From Candidatus Latescibacterota bacterium (GTDB lineage: Bacteria > Latescibacterota > UBA2968 > UBA8231), in assembly GCA_965223905.1 (NCBI GenBank), contig CBDCXV010000011.1:576001-640000 (forward strand): DNA of 64,000 bases. The letters are read 5' to 3'. Below, in pieces: positions 9,928 to 20,699 of this stretch (within the stretch, counting starts at the first letter, position 1; each line of letters starts with the position of its first letter). The position numbers and the translations under genes are program-made. The notes under the pieces are model-generated. The model did not search any database. It saw only the letters and a program-made list of their open reading frames with translations, and was not told where the DNA came from.

Positions 9928-10497
9928 CTAACCGCTGCCTCCCGTGACGCTCCAGATCGACCCCGTGGTATAGGTGTTGCGCTCCGAGCAGAGAAAGGCC
10001 GCGACCTCGGCTACCTCCTCGGGATCGGAGTAGCGGCCTACCGGGGTGCCGGGATTGGCGAGGTGCTCGGCCGAGAAACGCGGCACCACCATCTCGGTCA
10101 GGGCGCGGCCAGGTTCCACCCCGTTGACGAAAACCCCTTGCTTCGGATAGGCGTTGCCCAGGGAGCGCACGAAGCAGAAGAGGGCCGCCTTCGAGACACA
10201 GTACGGGACCTGGTTCGGGGACCCGCCGCGGGCGCTGGAGATGATGGGGAGGCAGCGGCCCCAGCCCCCCTCCAGCATGTGGGGGATGGCGGCCTGGTGA
10301 GCGTAGTAGGCGCCGTACAGATTGATCTTCAGGACCTTGTGGAACTGGGCCGGCGACTGCTCGAGGATGTCGGCAATGACCAGGTCGCGGCCGTCCGCGG
10401 CCAGGCGCAAGGCGATGGCGCGGCCGATTCCCCTGGCCCCGCCGGTTACGAGGGCGACGCGGCGCTCTTCGGGAGCGGCGAACCTGAGCTCTGCCAC
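9928..10497 (-). pseudogene. SDR oxidoreductase with an in-frame internal deletion (about 189 aa)
   Basis: TGGARGIG and YCVSK are present, but the segment normally containing NNAG is missing: ADI is joined directly to LEQSPAQFHKVLKINL. Confidence 0.75.
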
Positions 10498-10733
10498 GGA
10501 GGTTCCGGTCTGCGGTTCTGGAAAGGCAGGTTGTGTGCAGGGATGCTGAAGCGGCCGATGGTCAGGCCGCGTTCCAGCCAAGCCCCGGGCCATCGGCGGC
10601 GAAGGCCGTAGCCTGAACCGCGTTTGCCGCGGGCTGACAGGGGCGATAATATAGCCGCTCTGCCCGCAGGCATTCAACCGCCGGCGGCCGGCCCGCCAGG
10701 GCCTTTCCAGTTCCGAAAAGCGGTGGTGGACAC

Positions 10734-11858
10734 ATGAAAATCGAGCGCCTCGAGTCCCTCTACCTCGGCAGCAACTACCTGGTGAAGGTCTACACCGACA
10801 CCGGGCTGACCGGCCTCGGGCAAACCGCCTGCTGGGGGTATCCGGAGGCGGTCGAACGGGTCGTCGACGCCTTCGGGCGCTACCTCGTCGGCCAGGACCC
10901 GCTGCGCATAGAGCACCACTGGCAGCACCTCTACCGCATGAGCCCGTTTCGCGGAAACGCCGTGGCCGGGGCCCTCAGCGCCATCGATATCGCGCTGTGG
11001 GACATCAAGGGAAAGCGCTTCGAGGTTCCGGTCTGGGAGCTGCTCGGAGGGCGCTGCCGCGACAGGATCCGACTCTGTCTGATGGCCGGAGGGCCGACCC
11101 CGGAGGCGATGGCGGAAACCGCCCACAGCGCCGTCGCCGAAGGTTTCACCGCCCTCAAGTTCGACCCGATCGTCTCTCTGCACCCCGACAGCGGCCTCGA
11201 CCGCATCGTCAGGAACGCCGAGGCCCTGGTAGGCGCGGCGCGGGAAGCCGGCGGCCCGGATCTCGATCTCGTGGTCGAGGTGCACCGCAAGCTGACCCCC
11301 CTCACCGCCCTCGCCGTGGCCGAGGCCCTCGCCCCGTTCAACCTCTACTTCCTCGAAGACCCGATCCAGATCGACAGCATCCAGTCGCAGGCGGAGATCG
11401 CCCGCCGCACCAGCGTGCCGATCGCCAACGGCGAGCGCCTGACCACGGTCTGGGAGTTCCGCGAGCTGCTCGAGGCGGGAGGGCCGCAGTACGTGCGCCC
11501 CGACGTCGCCCTCGCCGGCGGGCTGACCCACTGCAAGAAGATCGCCGCGATCGCAGAGTCGTATCACTGCGCCGTCGTCACCCACAACTTCCTCGGACCG
11601 CTGACGACCGCGGCCTCCCTCCACCTCGACGCCAGCATCCCCAACTTCGTCACCCAGGAATACACGAAGAGGGACGAGGCGCCTGAGAACGCCATCTACC
11701 GCTGCGCCCACCGCCGCGAAGGGGGCTTCATGACTGTTCCCGAGGCGCCCGGCCTCGGGGTCGAGCTCGACCCCGGTGCAGAGGCCGGAGCCTTCTCGCC
11801 GATGAACACCGGCACGACCCCTATCTCCGAGGACGGCTCGGTCGCCTACGCGGTGTGA
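10734..11858 (+). CDS. Mandelate racemase/galactonate dehydratase-like enolase-superfamily enzyme
   Basis: SAIDIALWDIKGK, ALKFD, VEVH, FLEDP, ANGER, PGLGVE. Confidence 0.92.
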   Translation: MKIERLESLYLGSNYLVKVYTDTGLTGLGQTACWGYPEAVERVVDAFGRYLVGQDPLRIEHHWQHLYRMSPFRGNAVAGALSAIDIALWDIKGKRFEVPVWELLGGRCRDRIRLCLMAGGPTPEAMAETAHSAVAEGFTALKFDPIVSLHPDSGLDRIVRNAEALVGAAREAGGPDLDLVVEVHRKLTPLTALAVAEALAPFNLYFLEDPIQIDSIQSQAEIARRTSVPIANGERLTTVWEFRELLEAGGPQYVRPDVALAGGLTHCKKIAAIAESYHCAVVTHNFLGPLTTAASLHLDASIPNFVTQEYTKRDEAPENAIYRCAHRREGGFMTVPEAPGLGVELDPGAEAGAFSPMNTGTTPISEDGSVAYAV

Positions 11859-13867
11859 ACCCGGGTGATTCCATGAGCGACCCCGCAGCAGCGGGCACCG
11901 GTCCGGGGAATTTCGACTTCGCCTGGCACCCGGACCCGGAACAGGTCGCCGGCAGCAACCTCGCCGCGTTCATGGAGCGCGCCGGCGTCGGCTCCCTCGA
12001 GGAGCTGCAAAGGCGCTCCACCGAAGAGGTCGGCTGGTTCACCGAGCAGGTCATCGAGTTCCTCGACATCCGCTTCGCCAGACCCTGGACCCGGATCCTC
12101 GACCTGTCGCGGGGAAGGCCGTTCGCGCGCTGGTGTGTCGGCGGCGAGCTCAACATCGTTGAAAGCTGCCTGGACAAGTGGCTGGCGGACCCCGTAACGG
12201 CGCGGCGAACCGCCCTGGTCGCCGAGGACGAGGAGGGGAACGCGGCAAGCCTCACCTACCGCGAGCTGGCCGACGAGGTCGGCCGCTGCGCCAACGCCCT
12301 GCGCTCCCTGGGGCTGGGCAAGGGGGACGTCGTCGGCCTGTACATGCCTATGTCGGCCGAGATCGTCATCGCCCTTTTCGCCGCCGCCCGCATCGGGGCG
12401 ATCCTGCTGCCGCTGTTCTCCGGCTTCGGGGCCGGGGCGGTGGCCGGCCGCCTCGAGGACGCCGGCGCCAGGGCCCTGATCACCGCCGACGGATCCCGCC
12501 GCCGGGGACGGCAGGTGCCGCTCAAGGAGACCGCGGACGAGGCCCTGAGACAGGCCCCCTCAGTCGAACACGTTGTCGTCCTGCGCCGACTCGTTACCCC
12601 GGACAAGGGCGTCGGGATGGTCGAGGGACGGGATCACTGGTGGCACGAGCTGCTCGAGGGCATGCCGGCCGCCTGTGAGCCGGAGCCGACCGCGGCAGAG
12701 GACGTGCTGATGCTCATGTACACCTCGGGCACCAGCGGCCGCCCCAAGGGGGCGGTACACACCCACTGCGGGTTCCCGGTCAAGGCGGCCCAGGACATGT
12801 GCTTCGGCACCGACGTTCACCCCGGCGATGTCGTTCACTGGGTGACGGACATGGGCTGGATGATGGGGCCCTGGCTCGTATTCGGCGCCGCCCTGCTGGG
12901 AGCGACCTGCGTCCTCTACGACGGCGCCCCCGACTATCCGGGCCCCGACCGCCTGTGGAAGCTGGTGGAGACGCAGAGGATCGGGATCCTCGGGCTCTCC
13001 CCCACCCTGGTGCGCAGCCTCATCCCCCACGGGGAGGGGCTCGTCAGGCGCTGCGACCTCTCCTCCCTGAAGTTGTTCGCCTCCACCGGAGAGCCCTGGA
13101 ACCCGGACCCCTGGAACTGGCTCTTCGAAGTCGCCGGGAAAAGGCAACTGCCCATCATCAACTACTCGGGGGGCACCGAGGTGAGCGGCGGCATCCTCAT
13201 GGGCAACCTGCTGCAGCCGTCGAAACCGACCGCCTTTACCGGGCCCTGCCCCGGCATGGCCGCGGACGTGGCCGGCGAAGACGGCGAACCGCTCCGCGGC
13301 GAGGTCGGCGAGCTCGTGGTGCGCGCCCCCTGGATCGGCATGACTCGAGGCTTCTGGAACGACGAAGAGCGCTACCTGCGGACCTACTGGTCGCGCTGGA
13401 CCGACGTCTGGGTGCACGGCGACTGGGCCGCCATCGACGGCGACGGGTCCTGGTACATCCTCGGCCGCTCCGACGACACCATCAACGTCGCCGGCAAGCG
13501 CCTGGGCCCCGCGGAGTTCGAGTCCATCCTCGTCAACCACCCCGCGGTCGCCGAGGCCGGCGCCGTCGGCGTCCCCCACCCGGTCAAGGGAACGGAGGTC
13601 GTCTGCTTCTGCGTGCAGGTGCCCGGCAGCGCCGCGGACGACCAGCTCAAACGGGAGCTGCTCGACAAGGTCGCCGCCGAGCTCGGCAGACCGATGCGCC
13701 CCGGAGACCTGCTCTTCGTGCCGGACCTGCCGAAAACCCGCAACGCCAAGGTGATGCGCCGCGTCATCCGCAGCGCCTGGCTTGGGGAAGATCCCGGGGA
13801 TACCTCCAGCCTGGTGAATCCCGAAGCGATCGCCGCCATAACGGCCGCTGCTGCCGGCAACGGCTGA
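11855..13867 (+). CDS. Acetate/acyl-CoA ligase (AMP-forming)
   Basis: MYTSGTSGRPKG, STGEPWN, GRSDDTINVAGKR, LPKTRNAK. Confidence 0.93.
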   Translation: MNPGDSMSDPAAAGTGPGNFDFAWHPDPEQVAGSNLAAFMERAGVGSLEELQRRSTEEVGWFTEQVIEFLDIRFARPWTRILDLSRGRPFARWCVGGELNIVESCLDKWLADPVTARRTALVAEDEEGNAASLTYRELADEVGRCANALRSLGLGKGDVVGLYMPMSAEIVIALFAAARIGAILLPLFSGFGAGAVAGRLEDAGARALITADGSRRRGRQVPLKETADEALRQAPSVEHVVVLRRLVTPDKGVGMVEGRDHWWHELLEGMPAACEPEPTAAEDVLMLMYTSGTSGRPKGAVHTHCGFPVKAAQDMCFGTDVHPGDVVHWVTDMGWMMGPWLVFGAALLGATCVLYDGAPDYPGPDRLWKLVETQRIGILGLSPTLVRSLIPHGEGLVRRCDLSSLKLFASTGEPWNPDPWNWLFEVAGKRQLPIINYSGGTEVSGGILMGNLLQPSKPTAFTGPCPGMAADVAGEDGEPLRGEVGELVVRAPWIGMTRGFWNDEERYLRTYWSRWTDVWVHGDWAAIDGDGSWYILGRSDDTINVAGKRLGPAEFESILVNHPAVAEAGAVGVPHPVKGTEVVCFCVQVPGSAADDQLKRELLDKVAAELGRPMRPGDLLFVPDLPKTRNAKVMRRVIRSAWLGEDPGDTSSLVNPEAIAAITAAAAGNG

Positions 13868-13912
13868 CAGGGAATCCCTCCTCCCGACGAGAAGCGTCGC
13901 GTCCGGCCAGGG

Positions 13913-16426
13913 CTAAAACCAGGCGGCCGGGGCGCGGCAGCGGTCGAGCATCCCCGCCCACAGGGGCCACTGCCTGACCGCGGCGTGCAGCAGCAGGATG
14001 AGGAGGAGCTGCAAGGTCGAGGAGAGGATGAGGCGCCCCTCCGGAACTGTCCCCTCCGCCCAGGGCGCCCGCCTTCGCCCGGAGATGGTGAAACCCGCCC
14101 AGAGCAGGAGGGCGGCAATGCTGACCGAGGCCCCGATGCGGAAGCTGGCCGGCTCGAAGCTGAAGACCACCTCCCGGTCGGCAGGCCTCACGGCGACGGC
14201 GCGAAAGACATGGTTGGCGAGCAGCAGGGGCCTCTCTTCCCCGTCGACGGCCACCCGCCACCCGGGATAGTGGCTGTCGCTCAAAACCAGGAACCCCGGC
14301 TCGTTCGGCGCCACCGCGACCTCCACGCGGCGCGGGTCGTAGCGGGTGATACGGGCCTGGCCCGCGGGAAACCGCCGGTCAGCGGGGGGCGCCCCCCCGG
14401 CAGCGGTCTCTTCATCCGCCCGGAGCCCAGGGTCCCTGTCCAGGATCACCTCGCGCTCCGGTCTGAACCGGTGCCCGCGCATGTAGCGCAGGCGTTCTCC
14501 GGCACCGGCAATCACCTTGGCGTCGCCGACCAGAAATGCCCGCGGCAGGACGCGGCTGTTTTCGTACAGGAACAGCTCCCCGCCGTGCAACAGAGTCAAT
14601 CCCGCCTGCCGGAGCGGGGCATGGGTGACGACGAAGCGCGCGTTGGCAAGGGACAGGAATCCGGGATACCCCCTGGCGAACTCCCAGTGCCGCGACAGGT
14701 GCAGCGGACTCCACCCAGGCAGCGAGTTCGCCAGGCCGTAGACGGAGCCGGTGTACATCCGCAGGGTCTCCGGGTAGGACCGGTAGGAACCGAGGTCGTG
14801 AACCCACCCGGAGTGCCAGTCGAGCCCGCTGCCCCGTTCGGACACGAAGCTCGCGACGCGGAAGCGCCCGGCGTGTGGAAGCTCAACAGCTGCTGAATCG
14901 GCCGCGGCAGCGATGCGACGGGCCATCCGGGGCGGCTCGAGGTACACCGCCGGGTCGATGACGCCGTTGAAGGAGCGGCCGAAATCGGCGAGATCGGCAA
15001 AAAGGACCAACGGAACGGCCCAGCCCGCCCAACGCCGCCTCCGGCCGGGACCGGCCGCGAAACCGAGCGGCACCGCGGCGGCGAGGATGAGGCCGCAGCG
15101 CAGCATATCGGAGGAGAGATCCTCCCGGTAACGGCCCGCGGCTTCCGGCTTCGTATCGGAGTCCGGCCTCCCTGACACGAGGTCCCCGTTGACGCCCGCG
15201 GCGAGGGCGGCCACGAGGGCGGCGGCGACCAGCGAGCCCAGCCACCACCTCCTGTGCTCGCCGCTTAAAAGCCGGTCGAGTCCGAGGCCTGCCAGCACCG
15301 CGGCGGCGAACGCCCACCAGAGCAGGAAGCGCGTGGGAATCCTGAAGAAGCTCAGCCCCGGCAGCTCGTAGAGGATCTCGTAGAGGACGGTGTACCTGCC
15401 CAGGGAGAGGAGCAGGGCCGCGGCGGCGAGGGCGGCGAAGAAGGGGGCGTGCCGGTTGCGGTTTCCGCGCAGCGCCAGGGGGGCGAGCAACAGCGGCAGC
15501 ACGCCGACGTAGGGACAGAGCTGGATGAAGAAACCGGCCTCCCTCCCCCAGTAGGAACCGGTTGCCGAGTTGCCGAAGAAATCGGGCAGCAGCAGGCAGA
15601 CGAAGCGCTCCGGGGGCAGCGACATCTTGGCGAACTGCTCGTATTCGAGGCCCTCGGAGCGGCCGGACAGCTGCACCAGCTCCCAGGTCGGCAACAGCTG
15701 CACCGCGGCCATGCCGGCACCGAGGGCGAACGTTCCGGCGACGGCCGCGGTCCAGACCGCGGGGGGCGAGGTCAGGCGGCGGCCGGACCCGGGGCCGGAC
15801 CCCCGCATCCCGAGGCCTCGATACAGGGCGTAGAGGAAAGCGGCCGCGGCGCTGTACAGGGCTGCCTGGGGGTGGCCGGCAAGCAGCTGCAGGGCGAAGA
15901 TCGCGGCGGCAAGACCGAGGCAGGGAATGCTGCGGCGGCGCGCCGCCAGCTCCAGGGCCGCGAACAGAAACGGCATCCAGGCCGCGGCGTCGACGAAGTT
16001 CTGCGACATGGCGCGCACTACCGCGTAGCCGCTCAGCGCGAAGGTCAATCCGCCGGTCAGCGCCCCTGCCCTGCCGGCGCCGATCAGGCGCAGGTAGGCA
16101 AAGGTTCCCACCCCCCCGAGCCAGAGGTGAAAGGCGACGTTGAAATTGATCGCCACCCAGGTCGGCAGCAGCAGCGCCGTCAGCAGGTTGAAGGGGTACA
16201 GGACCCCGGCCTGGCCCTCGGCAAACAGCGGAAAGCCGCAATTGATCCCCGGGTGCCAGAGAGGAAGCTCGAGCTGCCTGAGCACCTGGGAACAGAAGTG
16301 CCGGAAGGGGTAGTTCTGGACCATGACGTCCTGGACGAAGAAGGCCCCCTGGAGGGTCACCGCCTCCCGGAAATACATGGCCACCGCGAGGGCCAGCAGC
16401 AGAATCGGGACGGAGGATTTCGCCAT
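13913..16426 (-). CDS. YfhO-family multi-pass membrane protein (GT-C-like)
   Basis: Start MAKSSVPILL; PLWHPGINCGFPLFAE, LLAGHPQ, FRIPTRF; C-terminal LVLSDSHYPGWRVAVDG...ANHVFRAV. Confidence 0.85.
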   Translation of the reverse strand: MAKSSVPILLLALAVAMYFREAVTLQGAFFVQDVMVQNYPFRHFCSQVLRQLELPLWHPGINCGFPLFAEGQAGVLYPFNLLTALLLPTWVAINFNVAFHLWLGGVGTFAYLRLIGAGRAGALTGGLTFALSGYAVVRAMSQNFVDAAAWMPFLFAALELAARRRSIPCLGLAAAIFALQLLAGHPQAALYSAAAAFLYALYRGLGMRGSGPGSGRRLTSPPAVWTAAVAGTFALGAGMAAVQLLPTWELVQLSGRSEGLEYEQFAKMSLPPERFVCLLLPDFFGNSATGSYWGREAGFFIQLCPYVGVLPLLLAPLALRGNRNRHAPFFAALAAAALLLSLGRYTVLYEILYELPGLSFFRIPTRFLLWWAFAAAVLAGLGLDRLLSGEHRRWWLGSLVAAALVAALAAGVNGDLVSGRPDSDTKPEAAGRYREDLSSDMLRCGLILAAAVPLGFAAGPGRRRRWAGWAVPLVLFADLADFGRSFNGVIDPAVYLEPPRMARRIAAAADSAAVELPHAGRFRVASFVSERGSGLDWHSGWVHDLGSYRSYPETLRMYTGSVYGLANSLPGWSPLHLSRHWEFARGYPGFLSLANARFVVTHAPLRQAGLTLLHGGELFLYENSRVLPRAFLVGDAKVIAGAGERLRYMRGHRFRPEREVILDRDPGLRADEETAAGGAPPADRRFPAGQARITRYDPRRVEVAVAPNEPGFLVLSDSHYPGWRVAVDGEERPLLLANHVFRAVAVRPADREVVFSFEPASFRIGASVSIAALLLWAGFTISGRRRAPWAEGTVPEGRLILSSTLQLLLILLLHAAVRQWPLWAGMLDRCRAPAAWF

Positions 16427-16472
16427 CGGTCTCAGCGGCTGGAGAGCGGGCGGGGGTCCGGAGTCACTGCCT

Positions 16473-17603
16473 TCAGCGCAGCCAGGACTGCCGGTGAAGG
16501 AACTCGGCGATGGTATCGGCGGCCAGGGCGTGCCCTGCGGCGTTCCAGTGGCTGTCCCTGTGGAAGAGGGTCTCCGTGACCGCGGCGGCGAGGAATGCCG
16601 GGGAGAGGTCGAGAAAGGGAATCCCGTGCTCGGCCGCGGCCGCGGCGAGCCGCCGGTTCGGCTTGTCGAGGGCGTACTCCTCCTCGAGCATCCCGTACAG
16701 GGCGACCTTGGCCTGCCAGTCCTCCTGCTCGATCTGGACGATCGCCGGGACGTACACCAGCAGCAGTTTCGCATCGGCGCGGCGAACCAGGTTGTCGAAC
16801 TCCAGCAGCAGCCGTCCCGTCGTTCTCCAGGCCTTCTCGAAACGGTCCGCACCGGCGCCGGTGCCGTACAGGGCGATGTAGAACTCCCGCCGCTGGGCCG
16901 CGGGGACCTCCGGCGAAAATGCCTTGCGAAGGAGGGCGGCGAGGTGCCAGTGCTCGAAGGCGTACCGCGAGACGCGCTGGTCCAGCGGAAGGTCCCTGTC
17001 GAGGTCCCAGTAACGGGTGCGCCGCACCGGAACTCCGGTCAGCCTGAGGCCGTTCCCCGGACCGAGGACGAAACGGGGTTTGTACCCCCTCTCTATGCCG
17101 ATTCCCCGGTTGAGAGCGTTGTTCCACAAGTCGTTTCCGTAAAACAGGAGCAGGGCGATATCGGGGGCGTAGGCGCGCCAGTGGCGCTGAAACAGCAGCA
17201 ACTGCTGGTCGGTCCCGTACCCGGCGACGCCGAAGTTGAATACCTCTCCCGGGATCCCTCCCTCGGAGAACCGTTCTTCGAGCTGTTCGCTGACCGCCTG
17301 CTCGGTGTCGACGCCCCAGCCTTCGGCAAACGAGTCCCCGAGGAGAAGGAGGCGGTTTCCCGGCGCCCCGGAGGAGTCGGTTTCGCTGTCGCGGAGACCG
17401 CGTGAATTGATTCGGTACTCGACGTCGAATTCGGGGCTTACCAGCCTTCCGTGCGAGTTGGGAACGTGACGCCAGCCCAGCTCGCTGTCGAACTGCCAGA
17501 CCCGGGGCCTGCGGTGCAGTTGCGGAACCGCCAGGGCGAGAAAGGCCTCGGCAAGCAGCAGGCCGCAGATCAGCCCGAAGAGGGCCAGGGCCCAGATTTT
17601 CAT
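16473..17603 (-). CDS. SGNH/GDSL hydrolase family protein (AlgX/AlgJ-like)
   Basis: INSRGLRD, LLGDSFAEG, NFGVAGYGTDQ, GND, DSHWNAAGH; N-terminal anchor. Confidence 0.88.
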   Translation of the reverse strand: MKIWALALFGLICGLLLAEAFLALAVPQLHRRPRVWQFDSELGWRHVPNSHGRLVSPEFDVEYRINSRGLRDSETDSSGAPGNRLLLLGDSFAEGWGVDTEQAVSEQLEERFSEGGIPGEVFNFGVAGYGTDQQLLLFQRHWRAYAPDIALLLFYGNDLWNNALNRGIGIERGYKPRFVLGPGNGLRLTGVPVRRTRYWDLDRDLPLDQRVSRYAFEHWHLAALLRKAFSPEVPAAQRREFYIALYGTGAGADRFEKAWRTTGRLLLEFDNLVRRADAKLLLVYVPAIVQIEQEDWQAKVALYGMLEEEYALDKPNRRLAAAAAEHGIPFLDLSPAFLAAAVTETLFHRDSHWNAAGHALAADTIAEFLHRQSWLR

Positions 17604-17874
17604 CCACCGCCGGACCGCGGAAGCGTCTCCGCCGGTGGGGTGACTGTGCGCGGCGTCAGGTGTGATCGCGGCCTCGACCGATGGCGTGGAGGTTTTCTCG
17701 AAGAGGGGTGAAACTAGGCGCTTCCGGCCCCGGCTGTCAACGTGCCCGCTTTGCCGAGGACCATGCCTATGTCTATATTGTCGAAAGAGTTAGGACAGTT
17801 TCAGTGCCCGGATTTCGAGTCGTGTACAGCCCCCCTTCGCAATCTCGGTTTTTTCCGCGATTTCCCTTTTTGCG

Positions 17875-18993
17875 GTGAGCAGGATCCTGGTTACGGGAGG
17901 CGCCGGATTCATCGGCTCCCACACGGTCGACCTCCTCGTCGAGCGCGGCTACGAGGTGCGCGTCCTCGACTGCCTGCAGCCCCGCGTCCATCCCGAGGGC
18001 TGGCCCGAATACCTGCCGGAGAAGGTCGAGAAGCTGCGCGGGGACGTCTGCGAAAGGGCGGATCTCGAAGCGGCCCTCGAAGGGGTCGACGGCGTATTCC
18101 ACCTCGCCGCCTACCAGGATTACATGCCGGACTTCAGCACCTTCTTCCGCGTCAACACGGTGAGCACGGCGCTGCTGTTCGAGATCATCGTCGCCAGGAA
18201 GCTGCCGGTCTCGAAGGTGGTGCTGGCATCGTCGCAGGCCGTGTACGGCGAGGGGACGTATTCCTGCGACGAGCACGGCCGCTTCCACCCGGTGGCGCGC
18301 GCCGCCGAAGCCCTGGCGCGAGGGGACTGGGAGATCCACTGCCCCGAATGCGGACGCACGGCAACCCCGCGCCCGATCGACGAGGCGGTGGTGAATCCGC
18401 ACACGGCCTACGGGATTTCGAAGTACGCACTCGAGATGACCGCTCTGAGCCTCGGCCGCAAGTACGGCATCCCGGTCGCCAACATGCGCTACTCGATCGT
18501 GCAGGGACCGCGCAACTCCTTTTTCAACGCCTATTCCGGCATCGCCCGCATCTTCACCCTGCGGCTGCTCAACGACCAGCCCCCGGTTTGTTACGAAGAC
18601 GGCAGGCAGCTTCGCGACTACGTGTACGTCGGCGACGTCGCCCGGGCCAACCTGCTCGCCTACGAGGACGAGCGCGCCGATTTCCAGTCCTTCAACGTAG
18701 CCGGACAGCGCGCCCACACGGTGGCGGAGGTGGCGGAGCTGTTGACGAACATCTGCGGCAAGCAGATCGAACCGGTTGTTTCGGGGGAATACCGTTTCGG
18801 GGACACCCGCCATACGGCCTCGTCCGCGGCCAAGCTCTCCCGGCTCGGGTGGCGCGCCGAGAAATCTCTCGAAGAGATCCTCTCCGCGTACGTCGACTGG
18901 GTGCGCCAGCGAGGTTCCGGGGGGGCGGATTTCTACGCCGGCAGCTCGCGGGAAATGCGCCGTCAGGGCATCTTGCGCACGGCGCGAGCCTGA
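17875..18993 (+). CDS. NAD-dependent nucleotide-sugar epimerase/dehydratase
   Basis: VTGGAGFIGSH, ASSQAVYGEG, YGISK, RDYVYVGDVA; CxxH...CxxC insertion. Confidence 0.93.
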   Translation: MSRILVTGGAGFIGSHTVDLLVERGYEVRVLDCLQPRVHPEGWPEYLPEKVEKLRGDVCERADLEAALEGVDGVFHLAAYQDYMPDFSTFFRVNTVSTALLFEIIVARKLPVSKVVLASSQAVYGEGTYSCDEHGRFHPVARAAEALARGDWEIHCPECGRTATPRPIDEAVVNPHTAYGISKYALEMTALSLGRKYGIPVANMRYSIVQGPRNSFFNAYSGIARIFTLRLLNDQPPVCYEDGRQLRDYVYVGDVARANLLAYEDERADFQSFNVAGQRAHTVAEVAELLTNICGKQIEPVVSGEYRFGDTRHTASSAAKLSRLGWRAEKSLEEILSAYVDWVRQRGSGGADFYAGSSREMRRQGILRTARA

Positions 18994-19072
18994 CTTCTAT
19001 TCGATTTCGATCTCCAACCTCCCCCCCGGTCAGGGCGGAAGTCGCGACCGGCGTCACCATCGGATCCCGGGA

Positions 19073-20062
19073 TTGATCACTACCAGGGCCCCCCTCCGCA
19101 TCCCGCTGGGCGGAGGCGGCACCGACCTGCCTTCCTACTACCGCGAGCACGGCGGCTTCGTTCTCAGCGCGGGGATCGACAAGTACGTCTACATCCAGCT
19201 CAACAAGCTGCAGGTTGAGGAGTTCATCCGCGTCAAGTACTCGAAGACGGAACGGGTCGATCACCCCTCCGATATCGAGCATCCGCTGCTGCGCGAGTCG
19301 CTGCTCCACACCGGCACGAAGGGCGGCGTCGAGATCGGCGCCATGGCCGATCTCCCGGGCCGTACCGGCATGGGATCCTCCGGGGCCTTCACCGTGGCTC
19401 TGCTCGCCGCCCTTTACGAAAACAAGCTCGAACGCGTGCCGCGGCAGGAGCTGGCGGAGCAGGCACATCACGTCGAGGCGGTGCGCGCCGGGCAGCCCGC
19501 CGGCAAGCAGGACCACTACCTCGCCGCTTTCGGGGGGGTGACCCTTCTCGAGATCGATGCCGGCGGGGAGGTGGCGGTTTCCACCCTCGAGCTCGATCTG
19601 CACACGAGGGAGGAGCTGCGCAACAGCATGCTCCTCTTCTACACCGGCATCGAGCGCGAGAGCTTCGACCTGCTCAAGCAACAGGAGACCGACACCCGCA
19701 AGGGGAACGCGCAGGTCATCGACAGCCTCCACGAGGTCAAGCGGATCGGCCTCGAGATCAGGCAGGCCCTCGAGGGCGGCGAGCTCGACCGCTTCGGCGT
19801 CCTCCTCCACCGCCATTGGGAGACGAAGAAGCTGCGTTCGGGCAGGATGTCGAGCGGCGACATCGACAGGTGGTACGATTCGGGACGGGGCGCAGGCGCT
19901 CTGGGAGGCAAGCTGCTCGGTGCCGGCGGCGGCGGGTTCCTGATGTTCTTCTGCCCCGCGGAGCACCGCGGCGAATTGCGCCGGACCATGGCGGCCGAGG
20001 GGCTGCGCGAGATGCGCTACCAATTCGACAGGGAAGGCGCCAAAGTGCTCATGAATGCCTGA
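19073..20062 (+). CDS. hddA: GHMP sugar kinase, D-glycero-alpha-D-manno-heptose-7-phosphate kinase-like
   Basis: TTG start; RAPLRIPLGGGGTD, PGRTGMGSSG, GKQD, GGKLLGAGGGG. Confidence 0.82.
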   Translation: MITTRAPLRIPLGGGGTDLPSYYREHGGFVLSAGIDKYVYIQLNKLQVEEFIRVKYSKTERVDHPSDIEHPLLRESLLHTGTKGGVEIGAMADLPGRTGMGSSGAFTVALLAALYENKLERVPRQELAEQAHHVEAVRAGQPAGKQDHYLAAFGGVTLLEIDAGGEVAVSTLELDLHTREELRNSMLLFYTGIERESFDLLKQQETDTRKGNAQVIDSLHEVKRIGLEIRQALEGGELDRFGVLLHRHWETKKLRSGRMSSGDIDRWYDSGRGAGALGGKLLGAGGGGFLMFFCPAEHRGELRRTMAAEGLREMRYQFDREGAKVLMNA

Positions 20063-20687
20063 GAAGGGGGCATTCGGGAAAAACGACATGGACAACAACG
20101 GCTACATTGAGGAGTACCTCGCGACCATGGCTGCGGTGATCGACGAGATGCCGCGGCAGGAGATCTCCGCGGCGATCGACATCCTGTTCGAGGCCTGGCA
20201 GAACTCTTCGACGGTGTACATCGCCGGCAACGGGGGCTCCTCCTCCACTGCCTCCCACTTCGCCTGCGACCTCGCCAAGTGGACGGCAGCAGCGGGCAAG
20301 AAGCGGTTCCGGGTCATGGCGCTGACCGACAACATGCCGATATACAGCGCCCTGATGAACGACGAGGGGCCGGCCTCGGTGTACGCCGAGCAGCTCGAGC
20401 CGTTCGTTGCCGCCGGGGACGTGCTCATACTCATCAGCGTTCACGGCGGTTCCGGCGAGGGGAACGCCGGCGCCTGGTCGCAGAACCTGCTGCGCGCCCT
20501 GGGGCTTGCGAGGGAACGCGGGGCCCGCACCATCGGCCTCAGCGGCTTCGACGGCGGCGCCCTGAAACGGATGTCCGACGTCTGCATCGTCGTCCCCATC
20601 GACTCGACGCCACAGGTGGAATCGTTCCACCTCGCCATGGAGCACCTCATATGCGACCGCTTGCGGGAGCGCATCTCGGAAGCCTGA
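20055..20687 (+). CDS. gmhA: Phosphoheptose isomerase (SIS domain); alternative start 20088
   Basis: AGNGGSSSTASHFACD, ND, SQNLLRA, GFDGG, QVESFH. Confidence 0.85.
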   Translation: MPEKGAFGKNDMDNNGYIEEYLATMAAVIDEMPRQEISAAIDILFEAWQNSSTVYIAGNGGSSSTASHFACDLAKWTAAAGKKRFRVMALTDNMPIYSALMNDEGPASVYAEQLEPFVAAGDVLILISVHGGSGEGNAGAWSQNLLRALGLARERGARTIGLSGFDGGALKRMSDVCIVVPIDSTPQVESFHLAMEHLICDRLRERISEA

Positions 20688-20699
20688 AGGGACCTTCCC

